Positions 1 through 13,599 of a stretch of DNA of 64,000 nucleotides are shown in pieces (position 1 is the stretch's first letter; every line of letters starts with the position of its first letter). The position numbers and the translations under genes were made by a program. Under the pieces are notes generated by a model. That model saw nothing but the letters and a program-made list of their open reading frames with translations. It was not told where the DNA came from and searched no databases. The DNA is from Octopus sinensis. Taxonomy: Eukaryota. The DNA is taken from positions 45,818,001-45,882,000 of the forward strand of contig NC_043001.1 of NCBI RefSeq assembly GCF_006345805.1. The letters are read 5' to 3'.

Positions 1-194
1 CTAAAGTTTGAAAACTTCTGGAATGCACCACGTGTGTGTGTGTGTGTGTGTGTATGCTCATGCATACTAGCAAGCTCACTTACAATGCTGCACTAGGGAA
101 CATTTGTAGAACTGATTTGCTTCTTACAAGATGTTGCATGAACATGACCAATAATAACCAATCAACAAGCATTATTAATCCTCTCAAAAGCAGC

Positions 195-400
195 AGGCTG
201 GCAGAATCGTTAGCACTGTGGACAAAATGCTTAGCGGTATTTCGCCCGTTGCTACATTCTAAGTTCAAATTCTGCCGAGGTCAACTTTGCCTTTCATCCT
301 TTCAGGGTTGATAAAATAAATATCAGTTGAATACTGGGGTTGATGTAATCAACTCATTCCCACCTCCCACAAGCTGCCCTTCTGGCAAAGCTTGAAATAA
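195..400 (+). mobile_element. tRNA-derived SINE, family A (decayed)
   Basis: gctggcagaatcgttagca head, B-box-like gttcaaattc, core gcctttcatcc; more than 10 homologous copies in the window. Confidence 0.8.
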
Positions 401-1049
401 TTATTAATCCTCTCAAATAAACAATATGAAACCTTGTTAAATTTCAATCCCTAGTTACTTCAAAAACATGCAAAATTCAATCATACAACTAACTCCCACT
501 ACCTAAAATTACTGGTCTTGTAACCAAAATTGGAAACCATTATTATTACTAGTATCTTAATTCAATTTATTGTGGTATTATCATTAGGTTTGTAAGGATA
601 GCACAGATGGTAATGAGCTAAACAGTAATTAACTTCGTTGACTGATGACAGTGTTCAAATACTGCTAGTCTGCTTCATCACTGGATTTGGTCCTACCATT
701 GGCCTGCAGGAAATATTTACCATATTCAGTTCAAGAGACTACAGCTGCTCCAATACATCATACATGCATGTAGGGTACATATTACATTATGCAAAGAAGT
801 TTATACAGCGTCAAGGGGTCATGAACTGACTGGGGGAAATACACACCAAAACTCTTGAAGCATAGTGACCAGAGACTACAACAATAGCATAACTTTCCAT
901 TTAGTATATAGGAAATAAAAAACAACATACACAAATATACATATATGCATCTAAACACATATATATACATATAAAAACACATATACATAGATAGGTATAT
1001 ATATATATATATATAAACATGTAAATACATACATACACACACACATATA

Positions 1050-2299
1050 CAGGGTGCATAAGGTATTTGAGGACATACCTTTTTGGGGGTCATTTCTGCA
1101 TTTTTTGCTAATTCTGTATAATCTTTGTTTCAGAAAATAATAATAGCAGTCCTGCTTACTCAAGAAATGAAGAGGCATGCGTGGTTATAAAGGCTAAGCA
1201 TAGCTATTCAGAAATATCGCTATCTTTAAAAGTTGCCAGATCTTTCGTCCGCAGAGTTTGTAAGGAGCTAGAGACTGAAGATGGAAACCTGTCACTAGTA
1301 TCAAAGCATAAAAAGCAATCTAAACACACTGAAATCATCAGAACACCTGAATTTATCCAGCAAGTTCAACAGACCATTGATTACAATCCCAGAAAGTCCA
1401 TGAGGTCAATTGCAAAAGATCTCCATGTGTCAGAAAGAACAGTCAGAAATGTTGTTCATGAAGACATCAGATATAAGTCTTATATGATGAGGAAAGGTCA
1501 ATTTGTCAGAAAAAACAAAAGAAAATTACTACATCAGATTACTAAAAGGCTCTTAAACAAACTGAAAAATCCGGCAGAAGATTTGATTTGGTTTTTCTCA
1601 AATAAGAAAAGCTTTGACCAAGATCAAAAAGTTAATAGGGAATGACAGATGGTTATGTGCAGACCCTTCTGAAGTTCCAAGTGTTATGCATACAAAATTT
1701 CCTGCAATAGTGATGGTTTTAGGGGTCGTCAGTAATGAAGGACATGTGATGCCTCCTTACTTCTTTCCACAAGGCCTTAGAGTTAACTCTTCTGCCTACA
1801 TTGAGGTCCTGGAAATAATTGTTAACCCTGGGATAGACAGTGTATGCAATGGAAGGCCATATGTTTCAGTAAGACTCTGCACTATCACACATGGCTCTAG
1901 TAATACAGGAATGGATGGCTGAAAATTTTTATGATCACATAACCCCTAACATTTGGCCTCTTAATTCCCCAGATCTCAATCCATTGGACTATTACATGTG
2001 GAGCATTGTTGAGAGAGAGGTCAATGAACACACCCATAACACCAAAGATTCTTTGAAAGTTGCCATACTCAGAGTAATGTCCAAAATGAACCAGGACTGC
2101 TTGATTTGAGCAGGTAGATGATTCAGATCTCATATAGAAGCAGTTGTTGAAGCTGAAGGTGACTTTATTGAATAACATTATAGAAAAGAAGGTTATTTTT
2201 ATCCTCATAGCATTTTTTGATAAATAAAGTTATTATCTGTTATTATATATCTGTTTTTTTATAAACATAAATCTGTCCTCAAATATCTTATGCACCCTG
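1050..2299 (+). mobile_element. Full-length maT (DD37D) Tc1/mariner transposon with disrupted transposase
   Basis: 26-bp TIRs cagggtgcataag(g/a)tatttgaggaca, 1 mismatch; TA at 1048-49 and 2300-01; transposase split over ORFs 1181-1645, 1614-1922, 1891-2109; 37 residues between D(SAL) and D of SPDLNPLD. Confidence 0.93.
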
Positions 2300-2329
2300 T
2301 ATGTGTGTGTGTGTATGTATATATATATC

Positions 2330-4065
2330 GGACAGATTTCATGGATCTGGACACTTTACCTGCACACTATAATATTTGGGAGGCTGGTAAAAGTATTGAA
2401 CTCCTTGCATTGGATGAATTTGTAAAAGAAATGATCTCTTCTGATACAAAGTTAGTAATTACTTATTCTGGTAATGGATCTAAAAAACAAGGAGCCATAT
2501 CTTTCTCCATCCTGGGGCTGACTATTGATGGTCATTACAGACCTCTGCCAATTCCGCTTGTAGCATCAGAAGCAAGAAATAACCTGGCTGACTTGAAAGT
2601 GGCTGTACTTTTGTTACTAGAAGCAGCAAGTAATATCCCAGTTAAAATACTATTTGAAAAAATTGATTCTGTTATCTCAGACTAAACATCACACAATGTT
2701 GGGGTTGAAGAGGTTGTAGCAGGAAATCTCAGCAGAACACATACCTGAACATCTGTTTTGCAATGTGCACTCTTCACTTATGTTCAATTTAATAATAACT
2801 AAATTGTGGAGTGACATTGAGAACACAACTGGACGAGACAAAATTTATTTGAGTTTTCTTGTAAATGTAACATCAAGCTCATCCAGTGTCGCTGAACAGG
2901 CTCTTGACTGCATGACAAAATTAATCAATCATAATTTTGATCACAAGTCCTAGAACAAAGCCATTGAATTCGACATGCTCACTCAACCATGGGTTAATAA
3001 ATTTGTTGCCCTGAAGAATGAACGCTTTAACCGTCTCATTTTGACATGTGGAATAACTTTGTACCACCTGGATTATGTTGCATCGTATTTGGCAAAATAT
3101 GAGCATGTTACAAACCAACTGGCTTGTATCGTATGTTTCATAGATCTGGAGTTCCTCAAAGTATTATATTGCACAGGAGCACTGATTGGATTGCACCTTC
3201 TTGAACCATTCCTTTCACTCATCACTTCAACAAACACAACCTACTCAAAACTTGTACCTGCTTTCAAACAACTTTATGATGACCTTTCCATAGTAGATCC
3301 AAACCTACTGCTAAATGTATATAGTCCTGCACTCAGTTTTGTATCTTCAGGCAGATTCCAAGAAACCAGATATAATGAAGATATATGCTGTACTGTTGAA
3401 GCTATTGCAACCAAGTTGAAGCCAGAGGTTATTCAAAGTACTGTCAAGGCTTCTTCCAAAGTTAGCAGATGGTTTCCAGAACCAGAAGGAAGTTCTGTTT
3501 CATTTTGGAAACATCATCAGTCTCCTCATGCTCTGGCAAACACAGACTTAGCTAGAGAGAGCTTCCATTCACAATCTTGACTCAGAACACAGTGTGGAAT
3601 TTATCAATGAGTTGAGTTGTTGAGGTGCCAAGCAACTCAAATTAGCATCTTCTTCCCAAGTTAAATCCAAGTCGGCTGATCTGATTGAACGTCGAGAGTC
3701 CAGGGCATTGAGGCAATATACCAAATTCACCAAACTTGGTGGGATTGGGTGGTGGGATGAGTGCCTGACATCATTAAAGAATGGGATAACTGCCAGCAGT
3801 AGTTAATGGTGGAGGGACTGGAGAAGAAAATCAACATTGCAGTGGATAGATGACAAACAGCTGACTGAGATATTTTGAAAAATCATGGTGGACTGTTTAC
3901 TAGCAGCACTGAGGTAGATGGTTATCTCATGGCAGATATACCAGATAAAGAAAAGGTTTATTTAGAAATCAGATATGCCAGAGACACTGCCCTTTCTGTG
4001 TCAAAAACCAGCGATGTTTTTCATCTTAAACAAAATTATCAAAAAATTGTCAGTATGCAATAAAT
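2330..4065 (+). pseudogene. Divergent DDE transposase relic, hAT-like (CxxH type)
   Basis: Frame-stitched translation: TYSGNGS...ISD*TSHN...HLFCNVH...KNERFNRL...LHLLEPFL...HNLDSEHSV...HGGLFTS...YLEIRYARD; many stops and frameshifts; no TIRs found. Confidence 0.6.
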
Positions 4066-4204
4066 TCGAAAATTTACTTGGATGATGTGATTTGCAAAAC
4101 AGACGTTATACTTATTTCAATCATGCATTGGATGACTTGGTGTGAGGTTTTGAAGCCATAATGGTTGTAAAAATATTGTATTGTGTGGTAGATACCAGAG
4201 TCAC

Positions 4205-4398
4205 ACAAATGGAACCCACGCTGGTGGCATGTAAAAGCACCCATTACACTCTCAGATTGGTTGGCAATAGGAAGGGTATTTAGCCATAGAAACCATGCCA
4301 AATTAGACTGGAGTCTGGTTCAGCCTTCCAGCTTGCCAGCCCTGGTCAAACTATCCAACCCATGCTAGCACAGACAACGGACATTAAATGATGATGAT
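4205..4398 (+). mobile_element. RTE 3' tail fragment ending in (GAT)n
   Basis: Homologous to 17610-17792 (taaaagcaccc...ggaaggg...ccatgctagca...gatgatgat). Confidence 0.8.
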
Positions 4399-4529
4399 AT
4401 AGGATTTGGGGGCTAAATTTGATGATATACTATGTCTCCTTTCTTCAGGAAAAGCTAGATGTATTGGTGAACAGTTAATGTTGGAGAGCATAAAGATTAA
4501 GGTTATAGTTAAGAAAAAGTTAGCTGATG

Positions 4530-5102
4530 TGAAAGATTGGAAGTCATCTGAATACTGGAAAAGAGTTACATGATGATTTGTGCCAGGTATCAAAATGCTG
4601 ACATCGTGATTGCTAGTCAGTGCTCTGTGAACACTGTAAAGGTTGTATGACATGACAAGGACAGCTGAAATGGAGACTACAAAGCTGTGGCCAGCAGGCT
4701 TTCTGACTTCACTTGCATGCCAGAATTCATCCCCACATCTCTGAACAGGGTCTTAGGCTCAATTCAGACTACAATGTGAAGTTGCTGCAGACTAGTCACT
4801 CCCTGGTTGGATAGGGTTGCTGCTGGAAGGCCTTATATCTCCACAAAGAGTGAGAAGTGGTTGTCGGAGAATTTCTATGACTTCACCAGCCCCCAATTTC
4901 TGTCCTAATTCCCACATTTGCAATCTCATGGATTACTATGTGTGAGCACAGTTGAGAAAGACACCAACTACTCTGTCTGCAACACTGAGGCAAAGTTGGT
5001 GGCCAAGATCAAGGAGGTGTTTAAAGATTTTCTCAGGGACAGAGTGAGGAACACATGTACCAGGTTCTAGAGCTGTCTTGGGGCCATGGTGGAAGCTGAG
5101 AC
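4530..5102 (+). mobile_element. Internally deleted, decayed maT transposase relic
   Basis: N-terminal NADIVIASQCSVNTVK and C-terminal ENFYDF..MDYYV...AMVEAE, homologous to 1050-2299 and 5565-6428. Confidence 0.7.
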
Positions 5103-5202
5103 CTTTTGCAGTATATTGGAAATTAAGGACACCATTTGCATTATGGTGGCAATGTCAAAGCAAGGAAACATTAACACACATGCACACACAACAACACATA
5201 TA

Positions 5203-5343
5203 AAATTGGCTTCTTTCAGTTTCCATCTACCAAAGCTACTAACACGGCTTTAGTTGGCCTGGATTTATAGTCAAAGGCATTTATCCAAGGTGCTATGCAG
5301 TGTGACTGAACATAGAACCATGTGGTTGAAAAGCAAACTTCTT
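5203..5343 (-). mobile_element. CORE-type SINE, family B fragment
   Basis: Reverse complement matches the head and ccttgg(g)caagtg core of copies at 30072-30232 and 32527. Confidence 0.7.
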
Positions 5344-5564
5344 ACCTATATTCAAATATAGATACATATACATGTGTATATGTGTACATAAATACATATG
5401 TATGTGTATATAAAAATGTATATATATGTGTATGTATATCATGATCATCATCAACATTTAACAGCCGCTGTCCATGCTGGTATGGGTTGGATGGTTTGAC
5501 AGAGCTGGTAAGCTGAGGGGCTGCACCAGACTCCAGTCTGATATGCCTGACACACACACACACA

Positions 5565-6428
5565 CATGGTGCGATGAGTAAATTGTCACCATTTTATATT
5601 CTTAATTTTGCATATGTGCATAATTTGTTTTTGATTTTGACAACTACACAGTATAGTAGGGTCAGTTGGGCAGTCTGTGAGAAAAACAGCACCATGATGC
5701 AATTCACTCTGCCAGGAATTGGGAATTGGCATGCTGCACTGCTTGGCATTTATGCCAGAAGCTCCAATATGAACATTTCAGAATGTTTGGGTGTCAATCT
5801 GAGGACATGTACCGAGAAGGATAAAAATTGAATATCCAGTCAACATCATGGTGTTTGGTGTGATCACTAGTGATAGTGAAGTTATGCCTCCATTCATCTT
5901 CCCACAAGGCCTCACACTCAACACGGAGGCCTACATCAAGTGCCTGGAGGAGGTAGTGCTGCCTTGGGTCAAGAGGGTGGCTGCTGGAAGACCCTATGTC
6001 TGGCAACAGGACTCTGCACCATGCCACACAAGCAGGAGAACCCAGTCATGGCTGTCAGACACTTTCTGCGACTACATCAATCCTAACATTTGGCCAGCTA
6101 AGTCCCCAGACTACAAACCCCTTGATTATTATGTGTGGGGTGCAATTGAGTGAGAGACCAACAAAACTCCTTGTAACACCAAAGATAAACTGAAGGCAAG
6201 GATTATGGCAGCGTTCAGCAACTTAAACAAAAAGACCATCCAGAAGAGTTGCAGGAGATTCCTAAGTCGTCTGGAGGCCATGGTTGAAGCTAATGGCGAT
6301 TTTATTGAATAAATTTACTCTTTAATATTTCAAGATATTTTTATGTAATTTTGGTAAATATATCTGTTAAAATAAGATGTGTTTTCATTTTTGCGTAATT
6401 CAGACGACAGTTTATTCACTACACCCTG
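5565..6428 (+). mobile_element. Internally deleted maT (DD37D) element
   Basis: Imperfect TIRs catggtgcgatgagtaaattgtc / gacagtttattcactacaccctg; ORF 5848-6153 WQQDSAP...SPDYKPLD with 37-aa spacing; HTH fragment at 5692-5800. Confidence 0.85.
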
Positions 6429-7229
6429 TGTGTGTGTGTGTGTGTGTGTATATAATCTCATCGTTTTAACATCCACTTCTCTATGTTTGCATGGATCAGA
6501 TGGTATTTAATGAGACAGATTCTCTAAGACCAAACACTCTTCCTGCTGCCATATGAATACACACTTAATAGGCCAGTTGCTATAGTATTTGATCTGAGAT
6601 ATCATCTCTTGTGGATTTGCTGTATTAAGAAAAAAATAATTTCAGACAGAGACAAAACTTGTCCCAACAAAGAATTTTTAAACAGTTGGGCAACTATTCA
6701 CTGCATTAGTGAATGTTTCATTTACCATTTCCTATATCAGACACAAAAATTTCTTATCTGAGCATGTGCCTGGCTGCAAACATGCACAATTGAAAAGACC
6801 CAAAAACACTGAAATGCAACTGGCACTCCCACTGGCCACTGCTAGGACAAAGTTTCATCTGTTGGTTCTAACACAGAAAGTCCATAAGAGGTGTGATCTT
6901 GGGACAAATACTGCAGTGACTGGCCTATCAACTGTGTATGTTCATTAAAGTATAATACATAGATGGCTATATCATCATCATCATCGTTTAGCGTCATATA
7001 TATATATATATATATATGTCTGTGTGTGTGTGCATGTGTTTATACATATATGTAATGTGCAAATGAATGTATACATTTTATGTATTTGTAGACATAACAG
7101 AAGCCTGGTGCAGTCTCCTGCTTAGCCAGCCCCTGTCAAACAGTCCAACCATGCCAGCATGGAAAACGGACTTTTGATATATATTTATGCATATGCGTGT
7201 GTGTGTGATTGTGCAAACATGCATCACCC

Positions 7230-7860
7230 ATATAATTATTCAAGTTATACTGGAACGTGTCATAGCCAAAGACATGCAGTGTAGTATCTGCATGAATTGC
7301 TACAAAGACAAAGGAGATGCCTTAGGAGAGGAATTTATAGAAGAGTTAAACTACTGGATCAAGTTATGAAGGTCATGGGGAGAGTTACAAGACAAATACC
7401 TTAATAGAATTACATGAGACGCTGCTTGGTCTCTTGCCTACTGTATGGGCTGTATAAGCAATGTAAACGATGCTGTGAGTGAGTGCTAACAATGATTTCA
7501 GTGACAAATTTATCATGAGGGTAGGAGTCCATCAGGACTTAACCATCAGTCCCCTCTTATTCATCATCGTCCTACAATCCATCACAGAGAAATTTAAAAC
7601 TGGCTGTCCATGGGAACTCTTGTATGCTGATAATCTAGTTGTCATAACTGAATCTATAGCGGAATCATGATCATCATCCTTTAATGTCTGTTTTCTATGC
7701 TGGCATGGGTTGGATGGTTTGACAGGAAATTCCAAGCATGGAATCTAAACCTAGATCAAGAGGCCTGAAGGTAAAATTAACAAAGACTGAGGTTTTAGTC
7801 AGTAGGAAAGAAGACAGGACCCTATCTCCAAAGAAATGGCTTTGCTAAATATGCAGAAAA
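7230..7860 (+). mobile_element. Decayed RTE reverse transcriptase fragments
   Basis: NCYKDKGDAL, VGVHQ..LLFIIVLQ..TGCPWELLYADNL, homologous to the 15389-17026 ORF; interrupted by a minus-strand RTE tail at about 7670-7740. Confidence 0.8.
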
Positions 7861-7959
7861 GAAGCTCCATTGAAACTGGCACTCTGTTGGTTATGATGAC
7901 AAGGGTTACAGTTGATCCGATCAATGGAACAGCTTGCTCCTGAAATTAATGTGCAAATG

Positions 7960-8175
7960 GCTGAGCACTCAGCAGACATGCATATCCTTAACGTAGTTCC
8001 CAAGGAGATTCAGTGTGACACAGAATGTGATAAAGCTGATGCTTTTGAATTACAACTCACTTTTGCCAGCAGAGTGAACTAGAGTAACAAGACAAAGTGT
8101 CTTGCTTAAGGGTACAATGTGCTGCCAAGTGTGAAACTCATGACCTTACAATCATGAGCTGAATACTTGAAACCA
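7960..8175 (-). mobile_element. tRNA/CORE-like SINE, family C (decayed)
   Basis: Homologous to 14921-15230 and 17793-18048. Confidence 0.6.
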
Positions 8176-9489
8176 TGAAGTTGCATGCCTTTAGAGAAGT
8201 ATCATACACTGCACCCAATGTAAGCTATGGACACATGTGGTAGAGTAGAATCACAGGCAGACTCAAAGAGAAAGTAAGCTTCATCTGTGACAAATGCACT
8301 GCAGCAGTATGTATTAACAGCACATTGGAAATAAATTTTCTTAAATGCTGGGATGGCTCTCTACAAGTAGTTGATGGCTTTTGTTAACTAGAAGATATAA
8401 TTAGCAGGGGAAGTTATAGTAAATAGAGTAAGAATAGCTTTGAAAAGTTCAGGGAGCTACTGCTGCTAGTATTAACTAAGTTCTTTGTCCTCAGAGTAGA
8501 TGGCAGATTGTATGACCTCTGTGTTATAACTGAAACTGCATAGTGGTGAGACATGAGCCTTGAAAGACTGGAAAGAACTGATGCTAGCATATTCCAATGG
8601 CTATGCAATGTAAATTAGCATGAATGACATAGTACAAAAGGGAAATTAAATGTAGTGTGCTCGACAGAAGATTGCACTAGTATGACCAAATGATGCATAT
8701 GGATAATGGCTGCAGTATAAAAAAGTGCAATCACTTAATGTGGATGAAACTATGTAGGAGAGATTTGTTGTTCATTCATAAGATTGTCCTCTCTATACAC
8801 ATTTTACATTGTTCACCCTTCTGAGCTACCAAACTATTCTACCTCTCCTTCTCTATTTACTATGCCTGCCCCATACTTATATCTCTCTGCCTCATCTTCT
8901 CTCTTCCTTCCTCTGTCTGCTGTATTATTATTACTATTCTGCTACTCTTTACCTATCTCCTTCAACACTCAGCCACAGCTGCTTCCCTATCTCCCACAAC
9001 TGACCCATATCACTGATCACCTCTCAACCCTACATAATTTTTACAGTTATCACCTACTCTTCCTTATTTATTCCCTCAACGCTTGTTCTTTATATTCACC
9101 CTCTCACACATTCTCTATTTGTAACCATCTCTCTCCTCCATACACTTCTACATCTACTCACCCACACTTCTTGTTCTCCTATCCCCAACTTATCCACTTT
9201 GTACCTTAAGAGCCCACCCTGACACATCAATATCACTATTTTAAAAAATTTCCTTCCAGCTCCACTCCAACTACTCCCAGTCGCCCTTGTAGAATTTGAG
9301 TAGTCATGCAGCTCATCTACAGCAAGAAACCTGTTCTGGAACCTCTCAAATTTCAGTTATTCCATTATATAAAGCTGCCCATCACACTCGCTAATGTAGA
9401 CCTACTCAATCAAAGGAGATTGCAGTTATGCAGGCTGTGTAGCAACTTCAATGGTGCTGGTGCCACGAAGGAAAACAAACTGTACATGC

Positions 9490-9632
9490 TGTAAAGTGGT
9501 TGACATTAGGAAAGGCATCCAGTTGTAGAAACTATGTCAAAGCAGACACTGAAGCATGATGCAGTCTTTGGATCAGTTGGCTCCTGTCAAACCATTCAAT
9601 CCATGCCAGCATGGAAGATGGAAGTTAAATGT
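9490..9632 (+). mobile_element. RTE 3' tail fragment
   Basis: ggaaaggcatccagttgtagaaac...ccatgccagcatggaag. Confidence 0.7.
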
Positions 9633-10727
9633 TTTTTTATATATATATATACACACACACACATAATCATAAGAGTTACAGGTACGTTTGAAATAAAATT
9701 TCCAATGTAGATATTTTTTTTTGTTATTGATACAAAGACAAAATATAACCTGGTTGAAATGTGATATAAACAATATTTGCACATATATATTATGTTGCTC
9801 CTCCTCCATAACGAGTTAAAATCTTCAACAATACTAATAACTGCTTCAAAATGTTGGCATAAGGCAAGCAATTTAGTGGGTGTGCAGGTGTCTATTAAAT
9901 TGACCTCAGTACTTAATTTTATCGATGTGATTTAAACTTAGAACGTAAATACTAGAATAAATATTGGAAGTTAATTTTCCAACAATAACGAACGTGCCAA
10001 TTCACTTCCCTCAACTATCTAAATAATAAATGAACTTTTAACATAAGCACAAGGCCATGAATCTGGGAATGGGTTTAGTCAAACCAACCCTAGTATTTGA
10101 CTGGTACTGTATTTCATCTGACTAGAAAGATTTGAACTCAGGACGTCAAAAGTCAGAAGAAACAGAGAAAGGTATTTTTTTTTAAACCTAATATTTCAAC
10201 GATTCTGTTAGGTGATCGCCCAAGTAACAATTGTTTCTAACGTAGCTGCAAGGCCTGAAATGGATTTGTGTGTGTGTGTGTGGGGGGGGGGGGTTGATTA
10301 TATCGACCCAGGAAGGATAAAAAGCTAAGTTGGCCTTAGTGCGATTTGAACTTAGAGCATAAAGGGATGTAATTAAACACTGCAAGACATTTGTCCGGCG
10401 TTGTATTCTGATACTCCACTCAATAATAATAATTATTATTCTCATACAGGCACAAGGCAATCGAAGTAATATAACTTTTTAAAAATAAATTAACTGTTTT
10501 GAACTGTTGTTTTGGCCTATCATCGTCCTCTTTATTGGTAAAGGTATACACACACACACATGATAGATAGACAGATACATAAAAATGAAGCTTCTCGAAA
10601 CGTACCAACACAATGAGAAACGTCAAAATCAGTGCTTACACTACTTCAGGTAGTTATTTTTTCCGTTTGTAACGACTATCTGTTGTCTACCTGTCTTCGT
10701 CTTTTGTTTTTTCTTGTGAATTCTCAC

Positions 10728-10770
<43 letters not shown>

Positions 10771-11163
10771 ATATATATGTGTGTGTGTGTATGTGTGTGT
10801 ATATATATATATATATAGAGAGAGAGAGATAGATTGTATGTATGTATGTATGTATAAGAGAGAGTTTATTACTCGTATTATTCTGGAATAATTTTAGATA
10901 ACAGTAGTTACAAACATAGTAGCTGACAAGGCTTCCATTATTTTTAAAATGTATATATATTTGGCCATGCGATCAACAATTCTTAAAATGTCAGTTTTGC
11001 AGAAAAGGAGAAACATGGCATGCTTATAAAAACAACAACAATAATAATAATAATGATATCACATAATCTTGTGTGTAATTGGTATAGCGAAGACACAAAC
11101 GTTACAATTTTGTATTATACCAAACATTTCTTTGAATATACGAACAGACACACATAATTATAT

Positions 11164-11207
<44 letters not shown>

Positions 11208-11216
11208 CACACAAAC

Positions 11217-11260
<44 letters not shown>

Positions 11261-11403
11261 ATTCATTATCTACATTGTCACAAGGCCGATTTAAAAGGGA
11301 GAGTTGGTCATAAAAATAAACAAAGACAGAATTGCAAAATGATTTCAAATGAATGTTATTGATATAGGTGTGTGAGTGTGTGTATACACACACACACACA
11401 CAC

Positions 11404-11458
<55 letters not shown>

Positions 11459-12366
11459 TTTACGGCATGGACGGTGATATACAACTATATTTTAATACAT
11501 GTCACACACTAAGATATGTTGTGTTATTTTACGACAAAATTGTGGTACTTACCTCGAAATAAACTGCTAGAGATATATAGAGAAACAAAAGGCTGTTAAG
11601 AAATATCTGTTTGTAAGTCACTCCACATTGCACAAACACACACACACAAAACAAACATATATATATATATATATACACGCACACACAAAGACAGAACGAG
11701 AGAGAGTGAGTGTGTGTTTAACTGTGATCGAGTAGATAGATCTATGAGCAAAGGTATTTCAGCCGTGACTATCCCGTCTTTCAATGTGCAAGGAACCTAG
11801 AATGAAACATTATCCAACGTGTCCTCGAAGACACTGGATGTGATTCGAGGGAAATTTTGCTGCTATTTCTAGCAAGTTGGACAACTACACAGAAAGCACC
11901 TTTCTTCGTTGGCTCGATATGAATGATGTGTTTGAGCCAGAAGTAATTTTACAAACGTTTGCGTGCGCGTGTCACACACACACACACACACACACACATA
12001 CATACACACACACATATATATATATATCATGAAAGAGACTCTTGTGTATATCATATACATTTTTGTATATTACGTGTGTAGATATATTTACCTGTCACTC
12101 CTGTCGCCCGTGTCTAGCAGTCTTAAGTACAGCTCTGTCTCTCTTCTCTTCCGTATTAACTCAGTGTTTTGACTTCGTCTCTTCTTCCTCCCGATTACGA
12201 GTAGCCCAGCTTCAATCTTTTCATATCGATATTAGTTTTACCTTAGCTTCTTTCTCAGGAAGTCTTTTTCGATTAATATTCTTAATTTTTTGTTGTTTTT
12301 GGTTATAAAAATCCTGCCCACATCAATAAAATGTATCTTTTCTATTACATAAATTTATAATATATA

Positions 12367-12399
<33 letters not shown>

Positions 12400-12404
<5 letters not shown>

Positions 12405-12891
12405 AAAGAAATGTGAGAATCACGTCACCCGCCTTTCAATCATTAACTCTTAGGTTTCGCTTTCTGACAGATCTTTAAAGCGTCTCGACATGATTATCTC
12501 ACGAGTTACTTCCACTTGATTGCTGTATGCCAAAGTAAGGTGGTGGCGCTTTTTCTCAAGGAATTTTTATTTTTAGTGTTTCGTTTCAGTTCCATATTTT
12601 GATTTTACGCTTTGTATTGTTTAGTTTTTGTTTATTACTTATTTGTTTTTTTTTTACTTCTAACTTTCAATTCTTCGCCGCTATGTGGCGCTCGCGCTAT
12701 AAGGAGCTCCTAAAATGCGACGAAACGCAGAGAAAGTTTATTTAAAAATAATAATAATGTAAATAAAATATTACGAAATGTAACGAAAGTTTGTAGAAAA
12801 CAAAAGTGAAATTGTCTGAATCGAAAAGGAAAGAATAAAATCTCTTTCAAAATATTAATATTGGTTTAATATCCGAACGTCGTGAAATTCC

Positions 12892-12900
<9 letters not shown>
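12400..12900. promoter_or_regulatory. Candidate promoter in CpG-retaining unique sequence
   Basis: Non-repeat, CpG-rich for this window; minus-strand donor cag|gtaaat at 12092/12091; plus-strand donor aaa|gtaagg near 12535; ccgctatgtggcgct at 12678-12692. Confidence 0.35.
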
Positions 12901-12959
<59 letters not shown>

Positions 12960-13599
12960 CGCACTCGTTTCAAACAAGGAGCCAGTGGTTAAAAGCGTCA
13001 TTACCCTTTGTATTAGCATAAAGATTTGTTATTCAAATCCAGTTTTAGAACTATGTACAGATTAAGAAAAAAACACCTGACGACGACCAGACAGCAAACT
13101 GATATATATATAGTGTAATTATTTTTAAAAAGATGAAGATTAATAATCTGATCGTATTAACAATAATTCATCTTAGACATTAAGAAAGAAAAGAACAAGT
13201 GAATTATGATTGTATTACTTTCTTTTTCTTAACCAAAGAATAATTAATTCCACCTCCACATACCATGGACAGAGTATAGTGTGTTTCTAAAACAAAACAT
13301 CAAAATATGAGAATTAAAAACAAGACAAAAGGATAAGCCAGAGAATATTGTCTTTTCGTTATCACCTATTTATTTTTAGAGGAGTAGCGTCAATGAGTAA
13401 TTAACCTCAGTGATTTATTTTTTTAATATGCTAATTTTCTACTAGTGATTCCCTTACAGTTCTTTTCACAAATATAACGATGTATATTTTTTCCATCGTG
13501 GAGGTCAAATAAAGTCGAAATATATCCAAAGTTGTTTCTCAATTTGCCAAAACAATGAAAATAATATTAATTTGTTTGGCTGATATTTGCAGACAACAT

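Noticed and set aside
8800-9300. Pyrimidine-rich ORFs 8784-9209
   Set aside because: Low-complexity, probably the antisense of a decayed LINE region; no coding signature.
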